Assembly (NCBI GenBank): GCA_051294905.1 | Contig: CM119376.1 | Span: 15,376,001-15,440,000, forward strand | Source: Botryllus schlosseri | Taxonomy: Eukaryota | DNA length: 64,000 nucleotides | Reading direction: 5' to 3' | In this document: positions 51,521-64,000 of the stretch, one piece after another | How positions within the stretch are numbered: position 1 is the first letter of the stretch | Layout: each line of letters starts with the position of its first letter | The notes under the pieces: model-generated | Databases searched by the model: none | What the model was told of the DNA's origin: nothing | The model's input: the letters and a program-made list of their open reading frames with translations, nothing else | Translations under genes and position numbers: made by a program

Positions 51521-51974
51521 ATAATCCTGTCTTTCGCGAAAAATCTGTTATGCGGTTGGCTACCGTCTCTATAGTGGAACTTTTCCTGTTAAATATGCTG
51601 AGTCATTATGATTCAAGGAACAGCGTCACGTAGCCGCTGCGCAACCTGCTCTGATTGGTCCGATAGCGGCCAAATTTACAAGCTACAATCTCGGTGACAA
51701 ATTCTAGTTCTAGATATACCTGGCTCGGCGGGTAGCTCGCGTCAGTTTGCACCATCAGTCAAAGAGATATCTAGATATCCGTGCATCAGTCAGTACCCGG
51801 CAGGCAGAAAAATGTATTGGCGATGTCAGGTTGGGCTACGATACGCCGGATACGGTAACTGGTTACATAGGCCACGGTAATCCCATTGCTCAATAGCTGT
51901 AGTCAGGTAGCAAGTTCTTACCGATCAAATTCTATTATATCACTCAGCGATCGTGTAAGTGCTTTGCTTTCATT

Positions 51975-52578
51975 ATGGCTGCAATTGAGTTTCTGTCTGC
52001 GGATCATGGCTATGCTTTGCTTGTAATCATATACACAAATATCATGTTGATGTACCTCATGGCTCAAGTTGGAAAACAGCGGAAGAAGAGCGGAGTGAAG
52101 GTACGGTATAGTGTTTGATTCCTCAAAAGACTTATAGTATGAAAACTATAACCAATTTCGACTTTTTAGTACCCTGCGATGTACAGTGAGAAAGACGACA
52201 TCTTCAACTGCTACCAGAGGGCCCACCAAAACACCCTTGAAAATCTACCTGCTTTCTATTCCACGTTCATCCCTGTGGCACTCGTTTGGCCTGTAAGTGG
52301 ATTCTAACTATCAATTATTCCAGATAACTAAACAAGACTGTTGCAACGTTCGATAGTACTATTGTAGGCCTACCCTAATCGTTGATCCGTTATATTTTCA
52401 GAGGGTTGGCTCCATCCTCGGTGCCCTATGGGTTACGTCGAGATTCTTTTATGCCTGGGGCTACTACACCGGTGATCCTAAGAAGAGAATGAATGGAGCT
52501 TTCGGATATATTGGTCAATTTGGCCTTCTTTTTATGCTGATTTATTTGTCCATTGTTCAGTTAGGTCTCATAAATTAA
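51975..52578 (+). CDS. MGST3: Microsomal glutathione S-transferase 3-like (MAPEG family), 140 aa
   Basis: Exons 51975-52100, 52170-52292, 52402-52578. Signatures: RKKSGVKYPAMY, FNCYQRAHQNTLE, RFFYAWGYYTGDPKKR. Confidence 0.95.
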
Positions 52579-52744
52579 AAATTGAGCTACAATTTGAAAT
52601 GCACTAACACCGTAATCATATCATTATCATGTCCATATCACCAGCACTGCTCGACAATTTTGAGCTGCAATAAACGATTAGCACGATTCCAGTGTGAACA
52701 TATATATAGTTGTGCAGGACCGGTCTGACTGTTCTGCAAACCGA

Positions 52745-52990
52745 CAAGATAGCGTAATAATGGTGAAGCATCCGGCTTCTTGGTCGGTAGGTCGTGGGTT
52801 CGATCCCCGGCCGGTTCATACTAAAGACCAGATTGGTAACACGGGTATCCATGAATTCCCTGCTTAGCGCTCATGCATTACTGGGATAACGTGGAGGGGT
52901 GGTGCGAGACTTAAGAAGCCTCCAAGGCTATATCTGCACCTTCCTTGTCCAGTGGCTCATGGTATGAATATGCACAGATCGCGTGTCTGT
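52745..52990 (+). mobile_element. tRNA-derived SINE (second copy) between the convergent MGST3 and MDH1 genes
   Basis: Box A-like TAGCGTAATAATGG, box B GGTTCGATCCC, core TTCATACTAAAGACC...GGTATCC...CCTGCTTAGCGCTCATGCA. Confidence 0.75.
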
Positions 52991-53548
52991 ATATGCCGCA
53001 AAAACATCAGGACAAAAATGAACCACGACCACGTCCTTTTTTCCCTTTGCTAGGAGTGACTATTCAATATTCATAGCAGCCTCGATCGAACCCTAATGTT
53101 AATTTCACTGCTTTGTTCGGATGCGAAAATGGACCTGGTCACTAGCTGCATGATAAAGTGTATTTCAAATTACATAACGGCTGAGTAGAAGCTCATTGTG
53201 GAGAAAAATTGTACAACGCAAATGTATCGAAGATCCTATGAGGTGATTGCTAAATAACCAAACCAGGTCTCAATAGCCGAACGGGGTCTCGGTGGTAAAT
53301 GTTGTTTGCCCACATCTAATTGCAATATATATAATGTATTCGCAAATTTAGTCATGGCCAATACACGTTATGAAATCACCTTAATGTGAGCAAACAACAA
53401 CTAGGGATACGATTTAAATGAATCTCGCAAAATTTAGAGTTGAATACATGGATCAAGCATACGTAACATTTGAATTATAAGAACGCCACACCCTAGCCAG
53501 CGGGATCTGTGTACAGATCCTAATTCACAGACGAGACCCCGCAACAAG

Positions 53549-56566
<3,018 letters not shown>

Positions 56567-56699
56567 TTTTTAAATGTATGGAACTATGATGATGCTATTT
56601 TAATAGGTAACTGAAATGAAATGTTATTGTTTTTGAGTAGAGAACTTGAGCAGCACCGTTAAACAGAATGAATTCTGGGTTAATTCAATCTGCTGATAT

Positions 56700-57753
56700 G
56701 GTTGCCAGTGAACCCATCCCTCGGTGAACCCGTCCCGTGAACCCGTCCCTCGGTGAACCCGGCCCTCGATGAACTCGGCCCTCGGTGAATTCCGCCCTCG
56801 GGAAATTTTGAAATTAAGTGTATTAACAAGTATTAATATGAATTATTAAGCTAATAATGTTATTATCAACTGATTTGTCGATCTTGTAAGGAGGTCAGGG
56901 CATGCGTAGATCACGCAGTCACGGAGTGATCAGATCACGTGATCACGATTGCGTGGTCGGCTCATTGTTGAATTGACTTGGCGAGGGGCGAACGTGCGAC
57001 ATCCTCGTAACTGTTCATGACATCGCATTGGGTCTTATCGCATTTTATATTGTGTGTGACTTGTTCAGATGAAAAATATATCCCAACGATTGTTATTGCT
57101 CACATATCAACCACGCGTGGTCTGCTCGTTATTGCAACTGTAGGTTGAGGTGGAGTGTTAGGGTTGGGTAGGGTAGGGGGGGGGGAGACATTAGGGTTCG
57201 GGGAGTGGGACATTGGGTTCGGGTAGGATACTAGGGTTGGGGGAGGGGGGATATTAGGGTTGCTGGAGGTGGGATATTAGGGTTGCCGGAGGTGGGATAT
57301 TAGGGTTGCCGGTGGGGGGACATTAGGGTTGGGGAAGGATATTAGGGCTGCCGGAGGTGGGATATTAGGGTTGCCGGAGGTGGGATATTAGGGTTAGGAT
57401 ATTAGGGTTGCCGGAGGTGGGATATTAGGGTTGGTGGAGGGGGGATATTAGGGTTGGGGGAGGGGGGATATTAAGGTTGGGGTAGGATATTAGGGTTGCC
57501 GGAGGTGGGATATTAGGGTTGCCGGTGGGGGGACATTAGGGTTGCCGGAGGTGGGATATTAGGGTTGCCGGTGGGGGGACATTAGGGTTGGGGTAGGATA
57601 TTAGGGTTGCCGGAGGTGGGATATTAGGGTTGCCGGTGAATACAAAATTTCCCGAGGGCTGAATTCACCGAGGGCCGGGTTCACCGAGGGACGGGTTCAC
57701 CGAGGGACGGGTTCACGGGACGGGTTCACCGAGGGACGGGTTCACTGGTAATC
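56700..57753. mobile_element. Non-autonomous TIR element with a telomere-like G-rich minisatellite, in the MDH1 5'-UTR intron
   Basis: Ends GGTTGCCAGTGAACCC...GGGTTCACTGGTAATC. ~110-bp TIRs built of GAACCCGTCCCTCGGT units. Perfect TSD gctgatat (56692-56699, 57754-57761). A lone related end is at ~59232-59269. Confidence 0.88.
57165..57637 (+). repeat. G-rich minisatellite, ~21-23-bp units containing TTAGGG
   Basis: Recurring GGGATATTAGGGTTGCCGGAGGT and GGGGACATTAGGGTTGCCGGT variants. Confidence 0.95.
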
Positions 57754-60700
57754 GCTGATATCAGCAGGCTAAGTTGGTTGTTCCTTGTTCGATTGATATT
57801 GAAGGAACACACTTACGCCACTTAATTTTGATATTTTCATTTCCATTCATTTTTCATTTTCGTGTATCAACTAAAAATAGTACATTGGACGCTCTCGTAT
57901 TCGACATTTCGTGCTGGTGACGTCATATTTTGTGTTACGATTGTTGATATACGCTGTTCTTTTGAATTCTCTACTAGTTGCTGACGATTACCCGTGACGA
58001 GTGTAAGCCGAAAATATTCGGGTTCATTTCAATATGGATATACTATTCAATTGTATATGAAGTTCTGTACCTCCAAGAAGCTGTTCAAATATTTTCATTT
58101 AGTTTATCACATTTTGAATCTTGGGTGGATGGAAATAATAGAACCGTTTATTATTGATCAGTGATGTTGCTACCTGTCCTTGTCCACCATTCCGAATGCG
58201 GACTCTCGCCTGCGTGACAATCTGTTTAAGTGGCAGTTGCTAATCAATCGCTAGGTGAGCCTATAAATCTATATCATTACCGTATGACCAACCAACGTAT
58301 ACATACACGCCTTGGTACCTAGTGACGCGATCAACATCAATACTAATCCAACGACACCCTTATCTATCTATCTGAGAACTCACAACGCGAGACCAACCAG
58401 ATACGGGCTGCACTCTGCATTGCAGAATGCAGAAGCTGCTCAACCTCCTGCTTCGACCTTCGTCAGCAATTTGCAACAATGATCACGTGGTGTGAACTGA
58501 AGAGACCGGTTTTACATTTCTATCGCATCTGGTTATTTGTCCAGTAGTGGGAGGGCTACGCTCAGTACGCTGCGTGTTTTATATAGCTCAGCAGTGGCTA
58601 CGCTACGTACGTTTGAATCATGACAAAGTCGATGGCATCACTCACTTAGAGGTTGAAAGACCGTGAAAACGCATAAACGAGTCTGCGAGGCTACCTGAGG
58701 TGGACCCAATGATATATATACAATGATTGGAAACTGCCACGCCCCTTAACGCTATAAGATAGGTTCCCGGCGAAATCAGTCCGTCGCGGGATATGCTTGA
58801 GCAGAGGTACGGGATTGCGTATGTCGACTGTGGTGGAGTGCTGCAACCGACCTTGCTAGCGTACTAATTCACTGATTTTCCCCAATTGGTTTAGTTTTTG
58901 TTGGTTTCTTGAGCATAGTGAGGCAGTGCAGCATACTAGGATGTAATATAACTTTTAACAATGCACATTTATCAAAGTACCGACTAGCTGCGAGGCATTT
59001 TTGCATCCGTTGCAACCATGCATGTAAGACACAGCCTAAAGAATTAATAGATACTGTGGGTGCATGAGCGTCAATATAGATGTGCAGAACCTGGAAGGAT
59101 TGTTAAAAGAGGATTTGAAAATTTTCTGGCAGCATTTACGTCACCTGATTTTCTAAAAGAGAAGGGTTGATTACGATAATTGTGTGAACAACTAAGTTGT
59201 ATTATATAGTATACATACATTGTAACATTGTGGGGCCGAATTCACCAAGGGCCGAGTTCACTGGCAACCATCAATATGGAGATTGTACCTTCATAATATA
59301 AAATCAGAACTATACGAAAACTATCATTGTACTGATTGCTAATATGCTAACATATATAACTTTTACAGGTCAGGCCGTTGAATCCACATCAATGATGAGA
59401 ATCGGCATTGTTCCAAACAATATTCCATCGGCAAAACAATGCACTAGAATGACATTGAGGATAATCACTCCATAGTTGGTATTGTTCACATCGACCTGGC
59501 GTGATATGTCGTACTCCTCTCAATAGTTGAATCTTTCACACCGGGGTGTCCGAAAGCGTCTACCAATGCCCATTTATTCAAAATATACCTGGTAAACGTT
59601 TTGGCACTTCTTCGATATAAACTACACGTTGTGAAGTGTTCCCCATGAATTGCCTGTAAGCCTTGAAACTCGTTAAGATTGATAGCTGGAAGGATTGTAC
59701 AAAATAGATGATTCATGCATTTGCGAGCAACATTCTATGGCGTCTTATTCATTGAAAGGTTAGGAAATGATTTTGTAACCTTCATCATTGTATAGACGAT
59801 TTCCAGCGCTCTGGCGCCAGTAGTGTATGACTGGCCAAGATCATAACCAGCCACATTTTGTTCCCCTGACGAGATTATTCGCCGACGTTTCTGAATACCA
59901 CGTCTTCGGAATTTAGGAAAGCCGTGTATATATAACGTGCATGGTTTAGTATTAGTTTATGCAAATATCTTATAAGAAGTTCAGCTTGGAACTGTAAAGA
60001 ATGTAGTTCTTGGCTTCTTATTTGTCATTAACATGTTCATGGCGACCCTGTAGCCTATGCATATTGCATATTCCACAAACTTGAAGATGGGCCAGTTTTT
60101 ACGTTTGTGGACATTTAAACGTTTGCACTGAAATTCACTTGATCTTGAAATAATAGATTATTTGGCTACAAATGTTGGTAGAATACATGGATTTAAGTAT
60201 GCTCATTTTCTCAGGCACAGTACCGGTACATATTAATTTACTGAATGAAGAAATAGACATGATTGCAGCCAAGTGCCTGACAGTCAGCATTCAATGAAGC
60301 TCCATCGCATCGCAAGGCATCTCATTTTAGTAGTAAAACTATCGTAGTAAACAGTCTATCAAGACTCTGTCGTTACAATAGGAGCGAAATCCATCGACAA
60401 TGGCGAACTGAAGGACGTGCATTTCACATTATGATATTTCTGGTCTAATAATTGATTTTCGATCTTGAAATTGACCTGACGAACACGATGTTGAAATAAT
60501 CTAGAAACCCAGGCGATGCTCGAAACCCTCAGATCTGGGTGGAAAAACCCATGGGTGGCATGTCTCGCTAGCTGAAACAGCTTCGGCAACAGCATTTAAT
60601 TGAGACAGAATCAGCTGATATGAATGGATTGGGTATCTTGCCTTGACGTGCAATGGCGCAGATACTGCCAAGACTGACACTCTTAGAAAACCACTTAGGG

Positions 60701-61426
60701 CTTACCACAAGATCAAGAGATGTCTTTCAGCTAGTACTGTGATGCAAACTGTTGTCAGGTGTCGTACGCAGCTCATACTTGAGAATAAAATGATATTCAT
60801 GATCTCTATATTCTTTGTTGTATTTGTATTCCTTCAATAAAATACTAGTTCTTTTGCGGTAACTATGTGTGACTTATTTCGTCTCGATGTTGCCTTGAGA
60901 CTGGTATTGAGTTGGCGAACTCTGCTGTACAGCTGGTTGGATCCGTCTCTCTGAGTCTAGAAAAATATCCACATCACGTAGGCACACTGGTACATCAGTA
61001 TCGTCTGAATATTGAGCCATGCTACCGGTAGTGGCCTAAACCTGTACAGTAGCCTATGCACATATTTCACCCTCAACAGAGGTCTCGATAAAAAACTTTC
61101 CACTACGTTAACGCCAGTTCCTGAAGAAAGATTGCAGACGAACCGTTTGTTTACGTCGACTCCATTCCGCTGGTGAAGCATGACTCGCGACGCACTCAAA
61201 CGCAGAGCTCACTGGAGTTTCCAATCATTGTATATATAATTATATAACATTGGGTGGACCCCAAGGCTCGGGCTGGCCCTTTTCACTTAATGACAGTATC
61301 AGTTTCTTAATATTCTCAACATTTCAGAACACCACAAAACTGCGATGCAATGAAAAGATAGGAAGGTGTTGAAACGACTTGGAGAAGTATTTGCGATCAG
61401 ACACCCACCTTGGCTTAGGCCTTGGC

Positions 61427-62401
61427 CAGTGTTGGGATGACTCGAGTCATGACTTGACTCGAGTCACCTTTTTCGTATGACTTGAGTTGACTCGAGTCAC
61501 TTTGCTAAAATGATTTGACTTGACTTGACTCGGCGTATCAGAAATGTGGATTGACTCGTGACTCGGAGCAAAATTCACGAGTCAATTTCAAGTCATCAAG
61601 TAATTGGTGCGATAAAAATCCATGTATCTTACATATATTCGGATTGTTCGCAAAACGCCGCGCCGGTGTAACCCATGAGAGCGACCAATCATTCAATGAT
61701 CGCGCGTTTTACTGAGCTTACGTTGTTTTTTCACGAATAAATTGACCGAAAACGAAGTGATCGAAGCTTACAGCTTACGTTGTCGCAAACTAGTATGATA
61801 AAGTAATTTGAGGGCAGGGCATCATAACGTCTATTTCTGTTCTCTTTTCTTATCTTCAATAAACTCTTTTGTTTTATTGAGATAGAATTCGAATGTAGTT
61901 TATAGTCCTCAACCATTGACGCAGGCTCGAATTGTATCATATCAATTTGTAAATGGCTAATGAATTGCATCTTATCGATTCGTTTCTCTATTCACAATTT
62001 TGGCTGGGAACTATAAACTGAGGTTATGCAATTACTTACGTAGTTTAGCAGTTCTACGTCAATGTGAGCGATACAGCGCCTTCTTGCATGTCTATTTACT
62101 TCTATATTACTTCATCCGTTCAAAATCAATGACAAGTCAATCTGTATTTCATACAGCTAGCAAAATGCAATGACGTAATCATACCTCATACTTCGAAAAG
62201 GCAACTTGACTTGAATTGTGACTTGACTCGTGACTTGACTTGACTTGACTTGACTCGACTTGACTCGAGTCACCTTAAAAAATCGAGTGACTTGACTTGA
62301 CTCGAGTCACCTTCAAAAATTGATTGACTTGACTAGAGTCAAAATGTGCAATGACTCGAAATGACTCGTGACTCGAAGGTAGTGACTTGATCCCAACACT
62401 G
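61427..62401. mobile_element. CAGTGTTGGGA-family hAT-type MITE
   Basis: TIR CAGTGTTGGGAT...ATCCCAACACTG. Perfect TSD gccttggc (61419-61426, 62402-62409). GACTTGACTCGAGT arrays. Inserted into an older repeat similar to ~36890-36990. Confidence 0.92.
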
Positions 62402-62629
62402 GCCTTGGCCTAGGCGAAGTGAAGAGGCATGCACATTGCACATTACACAGAAAATGAAAAGTTAAAAGGAAGTGACAAAATGATGTGACACGTGGCGGAA
62501 GGCGAGACCGAAGTTAGCTCGTGGTCCGGTAATCCTGAAGGCTGACTATTAATTTAGAAGAAATTGCTTTCGATTTTAATGCGACCGATGCGGACATGCT
62601 CGACGACTGTCGGATAGCCGGCGAGATAC

Positions 62630-62945
62630 TGTTCCACAATTGGGGTCCAGCATAGCCTACTTAATACGTCAAATACATTTTTGAATCATCCTCATTGAGT
62701 ACCACACTGTTCGCTGATGATACTCGATCACCTCTTCTCTTATACTCGTCATCATCTACGGCAGAGTCGGGTGACGTGATGAAAGATCAAATGTCTAAAG
62801 CGCATGAGCGGACGGCCCACATCTTTGCGTCTACGCCGCGAAATTCCAATTATTGGCCATAAACTAAAAAAAAAACTAAACATCAACATCGCTGGTCAAC
62901 CTGTCTCCAACTCGGAAAATGCGAAATACCTCGTGGTTTTACTTA
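62630..62945 (+). mobile_element. Heavily degraded LINE reverse-transcriptase fragment
   Basis: Remnant motifs in the expected order: VPQ-GS (~62631), TTLFADDT (~62700), LNINIAGQPVSNSENAKYLVVLL (~62875-62945). Confidence 0.55.
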
Positions 62946-63326
62946 AGGTTACTCAATGATATAGGCTTATATTGTTGCTGGGGTTACAATATTTTGGACT
63001 CGAGAATGGAAGACATAGAGTGCATTTTTACCTGATCAGAAAAGTTAGTTTACCGAAAATGAAAACAGTTGATTAACAAAATTCCTGGTAGAAGTAGCCT
63101 GGTAAACAAGATGTCCGAGAACTAAGTAGTAGTTCAACAAGCGGGAATGGGGCGCTGTGATCATCGGCAAACATGTGTCCGCGAGTTGTTCGTTTATTCA
63201 CAATTTATTATATTCACAATTCTGATCCCCAATATCATTGTGATTGAATTGCAGATCTTAAGCTCCAACTACCTCAAAACTTTATAATACAATATGATTA
63301 CCTTTCCAATTTTTATTCCTTAATTC

Positions 63327-63500
63327 AGTGGTTCTCAACCTTTTTGACCTCGCGGCACCCTTTGAAAATGAAAAATGGTTCACGGCACACTTGGTTCTCA
63401 ATTTTTTTGGCGTACGGCACCTTAGAACAGTGGTTCTCAACCTTTTTTACCCGCGGACTCATCTCAAGCTCGCCAGTATACCCGCGGACTCAAGCTATAT
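63327..63500 (+). repeat. Stacked left ends of CAGTGGTTCTCAAC hAT MITEs
   Basis: Three related termini at ~63327, ~63390 and ~63428. Confidence 0.6.
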
Positions 63501-64000
63501 ATTACTGATTTTTTTTTTCCAAGGGAGTGTAATACGGTATCAACAAAAAAATGAGCTAAAATTGAGTCAAGGAAGCTTTCTTAAATCTGTCTTTCCACAT
63601 CTGTCGGCTTTGCAATTCAAGCAACTATTCAGTAATGCAGACCACATCTCGATTTCCACTTATATTAGACAACTGTAGATTGTTTCTGTGATTAGCACAT
63701 GTCCCTACGATTTGTAATTTCCCAAATAGTCTGTAAGTGAACAAGTCGCCATAATCAATCACCAGCACTCAGCGTATATCGCACCGGAAACCTGTGCAAT
63801 GTGCCTACGTGCAGGACCGTAACAGCACTTCGTCAGCCCCCTCTCAATAACAAAACGTTGGTCTTGGGCCACACAGGCCTTAAACCTAACTTCTGGTGGG
63901 CTTCACCCCCAGACCCCCCTTCCGATACGTTTTTACCGCTACTTCTCGGCGAAATTTTTGTACCGTTCGTTCAGTCGTTTTGTTTCGAATAAACCGTGCG

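Noticed and set aside
52745-52825. tRNA gene
   Set aside because: No convincing cloverleaf. It continues into a body shared with the 13190-13414 copy, so it is a SINE head.
57165-57637. True telomere or chromosome-end fusion
   Set aside because: TTAGGG occurs only within longer units, inside a TSD-flanked TIR element.
61427-62401. CRISPR-like or regularly spaced repeat arrays (GACTTGACTC; also GATTAC at 48900 and AGTAGA at 42640)
   Set aside because: These are short, irregular subterminal motifs of TIR elements with no unique spacers, in a eukaryotic context with no cas genes.

Overview
Eukaryotic, intron-containing, transposon-rich animal genomic DNA. An invertebrate chordate (probably an ascidian) is inferred from the gene set, the many 58-65 nt introns and the mosaic CpG pattern; this is not provable from the window alone. 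Exon-by-exon manual reconstruction gives four recognisable genes: SPRED (minus, 18010-30191), PUM3/PUF6 (plus, 37586-46486), MGST3 (plus, 51975-52578) and cytosolic MDH1 (minus, 53549-56566). It also gives an unrecognised 4-exon, ~193-aa gene (plus, 9327-15799) with hints of a degenerate small-GTPase fold. Intergenic and intronic space holds at least 12 complete non-autonomous TIR elements with 8-bp TSDs (mostly hAT-like, several nested), a degenerate hAT transposase, two tRNA-headed SINEs and two LINE RT fragments. The most striking observation: a 1473-bp foldback element with 594-bp inverted arms and a perfect 8-bp TSD sits inside a 65-nt coding exon of SPRED. The TSD itself supplies GT and AG dinucleotides, and a cryptic 44-nt exon could restore the frame. 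This is either a disrupted allele or a transposon removed by splicing (introner-like). A second notable element, carrying a TTAGGG-based G-rich minisatellite, lies in the MDH1 5'-UTR intron.
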